A DNA stretch of 63,353 nt, filler included, from Choristocarpus tenellus KU-1152 (taxonomy: Eukaryota > Protista > Phaeophyceae): NCBI GenBank assembly GCA_964200185.2. It is 10 parts of 10 records of this genome, joined end to end, with 100 filler letters (N's around TTAATTAATTAA, not from the genome) between each part and the next. Parts side by side here need not be neighbours in the genome. Positions count along the whole stretch, not along the records: positions 6,674 to 18,476 come from CAXNAD020002130.1; positions 18,577 to 23,085 come from CAXNAD020014230.1; positions 23,186 to 26,232 come from CAXNAD020022709.1; positions 26,333 to 32,058 come from CAXNAD020009900.1; 6 more parts are not named here. One strand, given 5' to 3'. Positions 13,561 through 26,479 of this stretch are shown one piece after another. The translations under genes were made by a program, and so were the position numbers. The first letter of the stretch is position 1, and each line of letters starts with the position of its first letter. Under the pieces are notes generated by a model that saw only the letters and a list, made by a program, of their open reading frames with translations, was not told the DNA's origin and ran no database searches.

Positions 13561-14082
13561 TCAGATTTTCATGAAATGGAAGTGCTGATCATTATGAAAT
13601 TACTAACCCCATCAAAATCAGGTATTCAAGTCTATCACTAGGTAAGTGATAGAGACTTCAGGTGAGTCATATTTGTTCTTTGTTTTCGAGTGGCATGATC
13701 CCCCCGACATGATGTATTGACCGTATGGTCACCTCGTATCGTTTTTGAGAGTTGAGCCACCAAGATCGTACATCCAAGTTGTTCACTTGGAATATTGTAG
13801 TCGTTGTGAGCAATATTTCCAATCTTTGTCAGAATGTGAGGAAGGAGAATATGTGTGCACATATTGTATCATTGATCTCGTTGTCTGCTCTGTTGATATT
13901 GATCATGAAACATGCGCTTGTGTTTTCACGCATCGTAGTGTTGATCAAAATAATCTCATAACACTTGTGTAGCAACGTCAGATCACAAACACTTGTCAAA
14001 CAGTTTATTGGCATCGTACAGCGTTTGCTCCTCATATAGCCAATCTGAGTATCCCCCATTTATACAAGATACAAGAGACCTA

Positions 14083-14285
14083 GTGCTGACCACATCTACC
14101 TCTCCCCTCGTATTCAGGCTGATCATATTACTGATCACATGCGCTCAGACCTTGACCATGAAGTTGGTCGATACTGACCTCATCCATCAACCTCACTCGT
14201 ATTTAGGCTGACTGGTATGCTGATCCCATATGCTGATCACATATTTGTAGACCGCGGGAGTTTGATTGGTATGCTGACCACATAC
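14083..14285 (+). repeat. Cluster of degenerate (TG)CTGA(C/T)CACAT motifs
   Basis: About seven variants (tgctgaccacat, gctgatcatat, ctgatcacat, ctgacctcat, gctgatcccat...) within 200 bp. Confidence 0.6.
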
Positions 14286-15353
14286 CATCAACCTTCAACG
14301 AATTATGTCCATCAGATATTCATTGCCTCATTTATATTACACTCTATTAATTCAAAGTGAAGTGTAATATAATAATGCAATAGTGTACCATCAATCACAC
14401 CTGTTTCCCATTTTGCTTCCAGAGCTCACTTTTTGGTCGACTTGAAGCATATTTAGATGCCTTCAAGGCCGATCAGAAGGGGAGATGATGAGAAAAGCAG
14501 GTTTGTTATTATTCTGTTATTGCTGTATGCCACATACTGTTACACCTATTGAGGTTTCCTTGTCAGGAATCCCTGATTCTAGTGGAGGATCTTGTGAAGT
14601 GTGGAATATCAAGAGATCAATCCCATAAGTAGTGGACATCTCTTCAGCCAGAGATGTCACACATCAAAGATTCTCTTTGTCATCAAGTCTTGACATTCTG
14701 ATAATCCCCCTCTCTTAAGACCCTCATCACTCCATAATTTCGTGCAAGTCCTTGCAGTCTTACACTTGTCCAAACTCAACCTTGTCCTCTTGGTTACGGT
14801 TCGTCTTGGTTCGTCTTACCCAGTGATTCTCTCCACCACCCTAGCCCTCACTCAGCGTGCTTGGAATTAAAGAGATAGAATTGTGTTATAATGCTATATT
14901 CACCTCTACATGAGGTTGGATCTCTGTTTGTGTACATGCATGGGTCATACTGCATATGTACTCGACTTGAATATTAATAGCCCACACAACCCAGTAGGTT
15001 TTAGTGCTGGAGACACCTTACATCTATGATACTCAACAACTTTACAGTAGCACCAGATTGTTTTTTTCAATGTGATTTGTAAAAATCGTACTCTTTTTCA
15101 TCTCCCCCGAGCACTGGGGCTCTTGAATGACACCGACAGTAAGGGAGTGGTGAGGTTGCAGTGCGAAGGCATCCTGCTGGTCTATTGTATTTCTTATGCT
15201 GTGGACTATGTACATACCTAAAATGTTGGTTTTGGATGCATTCACAGAAACAATGGCAACAGCTGCGGAATAATTGCTACACACACTAGCTCAAAATTCT
15301 GAGACTCATGCTTTCTGGAGTGTTCTTAACCCTCCTTTGCTCTCTCACTTTCC

Positions 15354-17350
15354 TTACTTCTGAGCAACTTCTGGATCTCTCGTTATGCACCTGAACTCCC
15401 TACTCTGGAGTGCACTTTTGCCCCCAGTATATTTTGCACGGTATCCTTTTCCCACCTTTCTTCCACCCTTGACCGATGATGACATATGACAGATCTCATC
15501 ACACACATTCGATAGATCTCTTTCCACTGTCTCACTTTTAGTTTGCATTGCAATCTTCCTACGCATTATCTCTATTGAGGGAGTATAGGAAGGAATATTA
15601 TTGGTGATGCAGCAATTTCATGACTGCAGTCCTTCTAACAAAGAAAAAAATGTATATCACCATCACCCTTGACTTAGCCTCTCCAGCTTTGACCGCGCAT
15701 ATTTTATTGCGCTGGCAATCTTCCGTAGTGCAGAACTTGATGTGGGGCTCACAATACTCCCTCCTTCGCAGTGGACCTTACTCTCTCCTTCTGTACCTAC
15801 CTTTGGCATGGTCTCAGATACTGCCATGCAAGTACAAAATGGAAAATATGTGGATGAGAGACCAGTACTGGTATTCTCCACTAGTTTTGGAGGGGCATAG
15901 ATGCCTGTCATATCCCCTTGTCCCACACCCTTTGAGGAAGGGTGTGACTCAGTACTCTGTGCAGCCATCACCCTACTCCTATCTTTTAGGTCCTCATTGC
16001 AGTTGTCCTCCTTCTTTACCTGCACAAGGAGACATCTCAACAAATGAGTTAAATATATTTATTGTCTAGATTGGGGAAAGAGCTGTGGTTAACATTTCTT
16101 CATTTGTGCTCGTTGGTGGGGGAGGGAAAGACAGCGTTACCGTCTGAGTCTTCCAAGGCCTTTGCACAATATACCCAAGCATTGCTCTAACTCAAGCATA
16201 GGCCCCCTGCATGCGATATATATATATATACTATTCACAGGATGAAGACGAATCAAACAAAACAAGAAGTGAAATATTTGTCTTAAGATTGCTGTCCCTC
16301 CTGCGAGCCTTATAGTACTATGCTGTGTGACTGCTTTTCTGTGTCTTTTCACTCTTATCCGTGTGCTCGTACTATTGTAGCCCTTCTTCGCTCATAACTA
16401 TACTGGGACCAGAGGCTCTCCTTCTACATTGCAAAGGTTGGTCTCTAGACTTCTGTCAGAGCATGAGATGGGGGCCTCATAGAAATAGAGCAAAATCGCA
16501 ACCGATGTTCGACGGCAGCTGTCGTATTTCGGGGTAGTCTTTCGCGAGATTTATTAACATCATCGTCCCTAGCCCTTAGAATGGCATCCTGCCTCAGTGG
16601 CTGGGTCCAAGGATTGAGACTACGCCAAACTCTACAAAGAGTTGCCCAAAAAGAGGGCAATGGGCTGGGGGAGTGAATGTCGTAGTGTCCTGGGCTCACC
16701 GTTATTGAATCCATCTCGGTGCCGTTGCCGTATGACCGAACTTTATCAAGTGCCTTTGGACGTTCAAGGGAGTGAGGACGTGCGCCTGTGGGGCGTCGCG
16801 GTGTCTTCAAGTCAGCCGCACTATCTATGGAGGATCTGGCAGAGGATTCTGCGCTTGAGTCTCCTTCAAGAGCCCCCCCTGTAGTCCGTACACCATCAAT
16901 GTGTTGGGGATGCAGAAGAGGCGAGGTCTGAGCAGCATGGCCACCACCTGGGAATGATAACACATTGACAGTCAGCATCGCCCCATCGACCTCACGGTCC
17001 ACCCTTTGGGTGGGAGAAGCTTGCACCACGCCATTCTCTTCTTGCCATTCTCGGAAGTGCATATGCTCCGCTCCAATCGTGATACCTCCTATGGAAGGGT
17101 TTCTCTGGAAGATGGGCGTAGAGTGCGCTAGACCAGATTTGTTCGGTGGTCGCCAAGCTGTTTCCTTCCTGACAGTAATAGTTGTAGCTGCGATACGCTG
17201 ACGCAAAAATAAGTTCTCCTCAGTGCTGATATCGCCATCCGAGGCTGATATTGATGTCCTCCGTCTTTCTTCGGTGTCTTCTTCGTTTTGATCATAATAT
17301 GCATTCTCCATCCTGCACCAGGCATTGGGAGGAACAGTACGTATTCCCAA
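15354..17350 (-). CDS. Unknown, probably disordered protein; main exon about 16445-17350 with possible further exons near 15666-16020 and 15356-15572
   Basis: 301-codon GC/CpG-richer ORF with Ser/Arg/Pro-rich composition; downstream ORFs have plausible splice sites, but their linkage is uncertain. Confidence 0.5.
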
Positions 17351-18295
17351 CCCCGAGTATCATATAGGTCCACAAATGCTCAAGAGTTCTCTCATTTTCC
17401 TCCTTCGGTTCCTCACTCTTTCTCGTTAGGGATATTCCCCAAAAGCAACTATTGTTTTTGATTATTAAGACTTGCGGGAACCAGCCACTTCCTTAATCCG
17501 GTTACAACAAACACGTTAGTCCCATCTAATGAATATGGTGTATTAGTAGTGAACTACAAAATGAATGGAAGTTACACTATTTTAATATTATTATCTTGTG
17601 GAAGTGTTAAAGGTGCCAGCCAGTTCTCTGCTCAAGGAGGCAATCACAATCACCGGAGTGAACTCTTCCACCTCAGAGGGTGAGACCGAGTTTCAAAGGT
17701 CTTGGCTCAACATCTCAGAACAGATGAGGAAATCCATAACAGAACACACACCTCAAACACAACAAATTTTCCCGAATGACTGAGCAACGTCACAGCAAAG
17801 AAATGGATCAGTCAGAATCGGAATGTCCCTTCGCTCTGACAGTCCATTAGGCTGTTTGGTCAAATCCGGATCTTATGGGTGTGGTTGGTTTAATGGACTG
17901 GTCGGTATGGGTGAGCTCAAATGACGCGGTTGGCGCGCGCAATTGTATATGACCGCGCGTCTTATGCACAAGTGTGTGTGTCGGAGATCCCAAAAAAGGA
18001 ACCTGTCCCTGACAATTTTGATATTTTGTGAAACAAATGGAAACAAGCCGACATGTTCTTGATAATGAAGGGGAGTGGGAATACCCATACACAAGAGGCA
18101 AGGAAAATAAAGAATAGACAAGTCAAGAGGGAGAGGAATCCCTACGAAGATCACTATGGAAAGGAGTTAACAAGTGGTAAGTGTATGAGGTTTTTTTTGC
18201 AAGGTTCCCTCAAGCAACCCGCTCATACTTCAAGTAGATGTTACCTTCAACATCCAAGGACAAACGTCATATGAATATCAGATTCTTTAAGAATA

Positions 18296-18476
18296 GTTAC
18301 CTTCAGGGTATACCTTCTTTAGAGGATGGCTCTCATAATTATACTCATTTCTAACCTACCTGTATCTCCAATATGGTCATGTTTACTGTGGGATATTCTC
18401 CAACCTATGTGGGAAGCATGTTTGTCTGTTATTATACCGTTATTGCCGTATGTCATATACCGTTATACCGTGGTAC
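18296..18476 (+). repeat. Dispersed repeat (family D) with GGTATACC core, followed by ATACCGT motifs
   Basis: GTTACCTTCAGGGTATACCTTCT (18296-18318) is the exact reverse complement of 56973-56995; similarity extends to GGCTCTCA. Confidence 0.7.
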
Positions 18477-18944
18477 NNNNNNNNNNNNNNNNNNNNNNNN
18501 NNNNNNNNNNNNNNNNNNNNTTAATTAATTAANNNNNNNNNNNNNNNNNNNNNNNNNNNNNNNNNNNNNNNNNNNNCCCCCCCCCCCCCCTGTAATCTTT
18601 CTCTCCTCGCCCCCTCCCTGAATTGTTTTTTCTGTATTTTCAATCACAAGCAGGGGTGCCATATCCATTACAGCCCAAACATCTCTGGGTCAACAATTTC
18701 GAGGGTTTTGAGGCCAACCAGATGTTGGGGGATTGGCGGAGCGGTATGGCGTTGTGAGGTATACGTCCAATAAACGTAAGATTCTGCTGCTGACATTATT
18801 CTCTACATTATTTGATTCTTTCAAAGTTGGCCATACCATTCCACTAACGCTGATAATTTTTATGTTATATTTGGTACCCCATTCACTAGAAACATTTGCA
18901 TCCCCCAGACAGAGTCTTGCATTCATTCAGAACTGATAACATCC

Positions 18945-18976
<32 letters not shown>

Positions 18977-19708
18977 ACCCCCACAACACACCCCCCAACC
19001 GAGAGGAAAAAAACTTCTACTCCCCCTCTCTCTTCTCCCTCTTTTTTTTTNNNNNNNNNNCCCCCCTCCCCCCCCCCTCCCTGCCCAAACCCAGATAGAC
19101 GCCTCCTGAATGGAGGGAAATACTCTTTGTTAATCCTCCTTCCCTTCCACCATCTTTTCTTTATGGAGGCTCCATTCAAGAGCTGAACAGAGACGAAAGA
19201 CACTTACCCTTCACCTAATTTACAAGCATCTCAGACCTCTACTGTTGTTGTGAATGACTAAAAAGGAAGACTTGACCTTCAAACCCACGTCGTGCATATC
19301 AAAGCCACTGTGCACTGGCACAAAATTTGGAATACCTGCAGGAGGCTTTTGGTCTCGTATAATTTACCCCCTTCCCTATCTCACCATATCATCAACAGGG
19401 AGTGTGTTAGATACCGTGGCAAGCTTGGTATTTACCTGGAACTAGTTTGTGCCACTGAGGGGGGGGAAGCTAACTTCCATCTCTTGTGGAGATACTGCGA
19501 TAGAATATTATCAAGTTGGCTCAATAAAATAAATAAAACTCGACTTGAACAAAAAATAATGCTGGCGTACATCCTGTTCAAGATCCACTTCTTTTTTTTT
19601 TAGACCGGAACAAAAAATAAAAACATTACGGTACGAAAGACAGCTAGTCCGGGGATAGTTCCACAATAACTAACTCTTTCAATGCTACAATTGAGTGAAT
19701 CCGCCAAA

Positions 19709-19869
19709 ACAACAACGATAGTAATAATAATAATAATAATAATAACAGTAACAATAACAACAGCAATAATAATAATAACTGTAACAATAACAACAGCAAT
19801 AACAATAACAACAGTAACAATAACAACAGCAATAATAATAACAAAAATAACAAAAAAAAAGAAAAAAAA
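19709..19869 (+). repeat. Compound AAT/AAC/AGC trinucleotide microsatellite
   Basis: (AAT)n interleaved with AACAGT/AACAGC units. Confidence 0.9.
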
Positions 19870-21357
19870 ACTCTCGGGAATGTGAAGGCAGGCCAAATCG
19901 ATTTAATTTAACAAGGCAGCTGCGAGAGCAAGTCCATACCCCCGTGAGATGTACATGCGCACCACAACTCAGTGGGGTTGGGGAACCAACAGGGTACACA
20001 TACTAGGGTACACAATCCTTCCCAAGGTATTAAATTAAATTCGTCTGTGCCTACCGTGGAGGAAGATATATATATTTTTTTCTGCGGGGCTTGGTAATGG
20101 TTCTCTCTTTTTCTTTTTTTATTGAACATCTTTGATTTTTTTTTTTTTTTTTTTTTTTTAACTTTTTGGCTTTTTTTTTTCTTTTTTTGATTTTTTATTC
20201 CATGTGAGAGGACGTTGGGGAGGGGGGGGATTATTTGGTGGTATGAACGCTGGCGCTATTTTATTCCTATTATCGATTTATCATCACAGGTGAGAGAACG
20301 TTGAGAAGGGTGCGAATGATGTGCAGGACAGACCCTCCAAGTTGTTCGTTGAGAGTTTAGTGGAAGCTTGACAGGGTAGTAATAGTCAACTGGTTTGAAA
20401 ATTTATCTGTTGGGCTAAGCGCTCTCTCCGTGGAAATACTCTTTGGTCTTGGTGGTTGATATATTCTGATCTGCGGATCATTCGCAGAAGGTTTATCGGA
20501 CTTTGGGGTCCACATCATTGGGCGTCCAAATTGGACGAGTAAGAAATGATCCAACCGGCTGTACTTGATCCCTGTTTTCCTCTTGTTTGTTTGTTTGTTT
20601 TTTTCTAAAAGAGGCAAGCAGTGGTCTCGTGCAGGTGAAATAAGGGTCATATCTTCGCGCGGGAAGGATGCAAAAAGATATTTCCTAACAACATCATTTT
20701 GGCTAAGGCCTGTATCTGAGTATCTCCCCGTAGTGATGATTTCGCTTGAAGTTGGTAACATCTGATAGTTGCATATATATTCAGTCATTGATGGTAGATA
20801 TCAGCATCAAGGAAGTTGTGCAGATGGAAAGAGCTGTGAATCGTACGAGCATAATCATTACACTTCATTCAACTGAAGTATGAACAATGGCAAGATCAAA
20901 GGGTTGTCTTCCATCTCTCTCTCTCTCTCTCTCTCAATTTTGTGCATAACACTTGGTGCATTACTCCAACTCAATCTAATATTCTGTTACAATCACTTGG
21001 TCCAAAAGAGAGTGCACTGAATTTTCTTCAAGTCAATTAAATTAATACTATACAAGAGCTTGGATAAATCACAACACCACAAATGTGTCACATATCATGG
21101 TGGCTAGAGTGGCAGGGTGGAAATGCCAGGGAAAAAGGTGGAATGTTCTCAGCAGGAAAAAGCAATGCACTTCGCACACGTGAACCTTGAGCCTGAGTCC
21201 AGTTTTTTTTATTCACTCAACCCCCCCCCCCATTTTTTACACGCTTTACTCCTCCACCTCCCCATGTTCCCCCCAAAATGTGATGACCCTGCATAACAAT
21301 ACACACCAAAGACACTGTTAACCCCCTCTCCCCACTGGTGTGCTCATTTTTGCCCAC

Positions 21358-23085
21358 CTGCAAACATAGGCGATGCCGGACATTTACCATACCATGCAGC
21401 TTGTGAATAGAGCAGTAATATCCCACAGTCTTCTCCTGCCCCCGCCTGCTGTACCCAGACATTCGTTTGCACCCTTTGTGCAGGCAAGTTGTTCGGCGGG
21501 CAGCAATTTTTGACCCCTCTTCCTTGCAACCCACACTGTAGTTCAGCATAGTTGTTCATATTTGGAGTATAGACAAGGGGGGAGGGGGCAAGCTTGTGAT
21601 CAAGCCAGTTCCCAAGGAGATGAGCAAGATAATGCTGCACTCAGACATAGAAAACCGTACAGAGAATGTCCTACAGATGAGGGTGAGTATCCCGAGTTGG
21701 TATCGGAGTTGGTGGTGAAATGGCATTGGATTGGCTCATTGAGAAGTGTTCATTGTGCTTGAGAGCTGTACACTGTATGAAGATACACATACAGGATACA
21801 AAGATATGGGAACCTCACACCCTCACACACACACACACAATCATGGCAATGAAGTAAGAAGACTATTAAATAGACTGTACGTGTTCCATTGGCTACCCTA
21901 CCAAACCACATGTTAGTTAATGCCTTTCAGTATGCCACAGGGATAGTTAGCTCGTAGACCAGTGCTCTACTGCGAAGAATGTAGAAGCCCTTCAAATGGA
22001 GGAAGTGCAAGGAACAGAAATATTACAAAAGTAAGATTGGACCAGGGTATTTTCAAGGGGAAGTTTCTGTGGTGATATGAATAAAAGTAAACACAAGTCC
22101 TTACATTAAGTAGAAAACTGTCTGTTAAAGAGTTTATACTATGGTTTCTGAACACAACGAACAACTCAACGGTTTTCAGTTAGCTTAGCAGGCGAGATAA
22201 CTGTAACTATGTGAGCATAGGGGTAAAATTATTGTCACACACCTTTTCTTGGCCCGTGTATCCGCCTCAGGCCCCACCCAGGTCTGGGGATTCCTCCCTC
22301 CTACCCTCGAACCAAATTGTCCCTGGACTTGGACATCCACCATCCCCACCTGTTTGTGCTCTGAGCAAAAGATAGGCTCACCCTCAGTGTTGGTCCCAAA
22401 CCTGTGGGACAAGTGGTAGCGGATCAGATATTTTAAAAGTGAAGTTCTGATTGCGAGAATATTGTGATAGGAGGAAATGTTTCGGTCCCCAAGGGTGTGT
22501 GAGCTGTGGGTGGTTGTGTGTTTAGTAGGTGAGAAAAGGAAAGCAGGTGCATGAACAGAAACTGAGCTAATTTCTTCTGATTGAGTAGATAATACGGAGG
22601 GAAAATACATTTTTTGATCAGTGCAACATAAAAATGAAATAATTTTTAGTAAGTTTAGAGGTAAATGTAACAAGAAGAGGCAATTACTGTGTGAGATAAA
22701 GGGAGGAGAGTGATACCTGGCTGGCTTCTGGCAATTGGGTTTCTGGCAGCCTGGGTTTCTTAATGCCCTGCCATTGGACGTTGGTCGGGGGCTAACTTCC
22801 ACTTGTGAGTTGCCTTCACCCTCGTACACTGGCCATGCGCAAGAACCTGGGAATGAGCCAACTGTATGCGGTTGAAATTGGGAGTAATAGTTGCCATTGA
22901 CTGCACTGTGGGGATTAAAAACCGCTCCCAATGGGAATGAGGGGCCAACGAACCCCCCCCCTTCCCTTATATTGTTGGTTCCCCCAGCCCCAGATTCACC
23001 GGTAGGGTAGTCCATATGGGAATCAGCCTCGAACTTGGTAGAAGAAGCACATATCCCCATCACGTTGGTGTCCCGTGCCGCCATG
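21358..23085 (-). CDS. EsV-1-7 cysteine-rich repeat protein, partial; exons about 23084-22717, 22401-22243, 21535-21358
   Basis: Repeats GCQKPNCQKPAR|FGTNTEGEPIFCSEHKQVGMVDV and CLHKGCKRMSGY...YYCSIHKLHGMVNVRHRLC match the CxxxGCxxxxxFG...FCxxHKxxGMVDV pattern; junction phases are compatible. Confidence 0.8.
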
Positions 23086-23221
23086 NNNNNNNNNNNNNNN
23101 NNNNNNNNNNNNNNNNNNNNNNNNNNNNNTTAATTAATTAANNNNNNNNNNNNNNNNNNNNNNNNNNNNNNNNNNNNNNNNNNNNACGATATGGATGGCA
23201 TTACTACTACACCTACCTACT

Positions 23222-23268
23222 GGGTCAAAGTATCTGGGGGGGGGGGGTGCCGGCGTCCATTTTTGACC
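23222..23268 (+). mobile_element. Isolated end of a family-C MITE
   Basis: GGGTCAAAGTATCTG12..CGGCGTCCATTTT, matching the end at 51897. Confidence 0.7.
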
Positions 23269-23441
23269 ACTACTTACTGTACTGCAGATTCATTACTGTC
23301 ACTCCAAATATCTCATCAGCTAGATTTGTTTGGGTGTGAATCAATATGATGTGCTCTTTTTTACTATGTTCTCGACAACCTGGCACAAACAACTTGTGTG
23401 TACCTCTATTTCTAGAAATAAATAAGAAATATACACTGTAA

Positions 23442-23699
23442 ATATCAACACACTTAAGAGGGTAGGAGTTTTGCCCTGTTTGTCTGTTTGGGGCTTGGAT
23501 TCCCTTGGGTTTCTTATCGCCTTTTTCGGTTTTCTGTGTGAACACAGTTACCTAAAATGTGTATGACTATGAAAGGTGTGTCCAGAGCAAGGGTATTGAC
23601 ACTTGCTAAAAAACACGATAGCCAAAATCCATCAAATTCGCAACATTGGATTTACAATCCCGAACGGACGCGCCCCTACCCTCTTAAGTGCTTTGGGTC
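23442..23699 (+). mobile_element. Family-A MITE, divergent subfamily copy
   Basis: CACTTAAGAGGGTAG / CTACCCTCTTAAGTG inverted ends; internal TTGACACTT..AACACGATAGCCAAAA block. Confidence 0.85.
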
Positions 23700-24570
23700 T
23701 AGAGAAGAAATTTATGGTACAATTTACACACTTGTTCGTACAGAAAAGGGCATCTTCAAGTTCTAAACTTAATCCGTGTCATTTTTTGTTGGCACTTAGG
23801 TGCAGGTATGGGAGGTAGAGTTTTGCATGTGAGAGGGCAGTTGCAAGCCAGAGAACATCCACCACTTTGGGCTGTACCCCAAAGAGTTATCCTTAGATAG
23901 TGCATAAGGTGATCACCTCAAAATAGTTGGCTGGCAAGAAATCGAACTCCTCATTCCTATGTAGGAAACACAAAATCTGACTCAGAGGGGAAGCAAATGA
24001 AGCTTAGAGATATACTTCACACCTTTTTAGTCGAAGTCAACCGCCTCTCTCCTCACTCATTGATTCACTCCACGGTAGTAGTGTTGTGAACCAAAAAAGT
24101 ACTTATGAGCGTAATTTTACATTGATGACATTTTTTTTTTTTTAATCGAAGCGTACACTCAGCGCAAAAATCGAGACGCACGAGTCGTTGAGATCTGCGA
24201 GCAGAGCACTTAGCACGCATTTCGTGCGAAAAAACTCGATCGAAAAACCTCTCTCCTCGTCCCACCTCTCCTCCTCCTCATCCTGCATTGCAATCATTCT
24301 TGTGTGCTCCACTGTCTTGAAGGCCTCCTTGGCTCTCTTCTTTGCCTCGTGTTCCCTCATCTTCACGAGAGACAGTGGGGAGATTGTCCACAAGCGGGCG
24401 AGCTCAGCCAAGGACTAAGGGCAAAATGGGGGTATGAACACAATTTTTTTGGATAGATAACTATTATCTAGAGAGTACTTAGAATCATTTGCCCTTCTGG
24501 AGTTTTTTGCAATGTGCAGTATCCGTAAGGGTTTCATCTCTTTTTCACTAGTGGAAATTTAGAAGGCAAG

Positions 24571-24753
24571 GGCTCAAACTTTCTGGGGGAGGGGGGGGGT
24601 GTTTGCACCAGGGTGTCCATTCGGGACCTGACCAGGAGAAGTGCACTTACATTTTGCATCCGATGCATGCAACTAAATTCACCCAAAAATCGCGACAGGA
24701 AAAAATGGGCCCCAAATGGTCAGCCGCCACCCCTCTCCAGATACTTAGAAACC
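24571..24753 (+). mobile_element. Family-B MITE, complete but diverged
   Basis: G-run + CACCAGGGTGTCCATT ... AAGTGCACTTAC ... CCAAATGG...CCAGATACTT. Confidence 0.85.
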
Positions 24754-25257
24754 GCAACAATTGACAGTCATGACAATAATCCTTTCTTCAAGTGTAAGCA
24801 CTAATCATCAACATTAGGGAAATGCAGAAATACAAGGAGTGGACAGTGAAATAACATTGGGGTTAGGGTTAGAGTGATTCTTGGACCAGTATTTCTTGCT
24901 CTTACTCCTTGTGTGTATCATTGCACCAAATGTATAGTGCCAAATATATCATTCACTATCCCACAATGTGTAAATAGCACAAAACACAAACCCTTACTTG
25001 ATACAATCCTTACGTGCTTCTGGACCAAAGTCTGTTTTAGGAGGTGTCTCCGAAAGACATGGAGGGGTGCATGAAAAGAGCTTCCATGTAATCAAGAATG
25101 TGAATGATTGAAAGGAACTCTAGAATGGTTCTGATTGGTTCACCGCTGTTATGAAACAATGCGCTTGGTGCCGTAGTACGTGCACCACAATTTCCTGCGT
25201 TCTGGTTGGCTAGTAGTGTTAACTTTAAGATTCCCAACCAGTATTTTACGCGCACTT

Positions 25258-25396
25258 ACACAAACACACACAGACACACACACAGAGACACACTCACAAA
25301 TACACAGATTCCCACACAGGAACACACACAAGAACACACAGGCACACACACACACAGAGACACAGACACAGACACAGACACAGACACAGACACACA
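25258..25396 (+). repeat. (CA)n / (GACACA)n compound microsatellite
   Basis: Direct inspection. Confidence 0.9.
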
Positions 25397-25654
25397 CCAT
25401 GTTGGAGATACTAAAGGCATATTGAATATTAATTAGGGTTAGGAATCAGGGGACTATTTCAGAGTAGATTGTAATGCATAACTGTTCCAGTATAGACATG
25501 CGCACACAATCTCGGAGATGATTCTACTCTGGCAGTTTTTGAGAGTCAGGTTTGTGATGCAAGAGTGTGAGTAGTCTTTCCATTTTCTTGTCATGATGTG
25601 GACAATTTACTAATTTATTCCATTTATGTAAGAGGTCTGCCGATATCGTTAGCG

Positions 25655-25944
25655 GATTCAATGCTTTTAGGAGGGTAGGAGTTTCCCCCTGTTTGCCTGT
25701 TTGGGGCTTGGCTTCCCACAGGTTTCTTATGCCCTTTTTTCGGTTTTCTGTGTAAACACAGTTACGTTATCCGAAACATTTCAGAGTAGATATAATTTAT
25801 AATGCATACAACTATGAAAGATGCGGCCAGAGCAAGGATATTGACACTTACTACCAAGCACGATAGCCAAAACTCATCCAAATCGCAACATTGGATTCAT
25901 GACCCCAATTGGACGTGGCCCTACTCTCTTAAATTCCCTGGGTC
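25655..25944 (+). mobile_element. Family-A MITE, divergent subfamily copy
   Basis: Aligns with 23442-23699; flanks AGCG/AGAG. Confidence 0.8.
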
Positions 25945-26165
25945 AGAGCAGTGAATCGAAAGCATTCAAAGGCAGAAGTTAAATCAACTAATGAAATCTC
26001 ACTATATATATATATATAATGTACTTACACTTATTGATTACTATTGATAGCGTAAACAGAACGCACGAGTTTTTGGCTCACTGCACGCCTTTTTGTGCGA
26101 TTACTAATTCCTCGAAATTCCGAGAATACCCCTTGTTTCACGGTTTTGAATATTGGCAATCTGAT

Positions 26166-26232
26166 GACCCAAAGTATCTGGGGGGAGGGGGGAGGTCCAC
26201 ACCAGGGTGTCCATTTGGCCCCAAACCAGGAA
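26166..26232 (+). mobile_element. Family-B MITE left end, truncated at contig end
   Basis: GACCCAAAGTATCTGGGG...CACCAGGGTGTCCATTTGG. Confidence 0.85.
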
Positions 26233-26479
26233 NNNNNNNNNNNNNNNNNNNNNNNNNNNNNNNNNNNNNNNNNNNNTTAATTAATTAANNNNNNNNNNNN
26301 NNNNNNNNNNNNNNNNNNNNNNNNNNNNNNNNCGCGAGAAATTTTTACGCGCGCGGCAAACTTGCGTGAATATCTCTGGGATTTTGTGCCAAATCGCCCG
26401 AATGTACAAAATCTTATTTTTGAGCATGTCGGAAAAGCGGTACAAAATGGGATTTGGTAGATAATAGTTGGCATAAAAT

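Noticed and set aside
19600-19999. Poly-Leu/Ile/Tyr-Cys ORFs
   Set aside because: Translations of a trinucleotide microsatellite.
21217-23084. Endogenous giant virus suggested by EsV-1-7 motifs
   Set aside because: The gene is spliced and no viral core genes are nearby.
25149-25436. VC/TH-repeat ORFs
   Set aside because: Translations of the CA/GACACA microsatellite.
26161-26232. CTGATGA hammerhead ribozyme core next to MITE ends (also at 52985 and 63264)
   Set aside because: No appropriately placed GAAA or stems; explained by the target-site/terminus junction.
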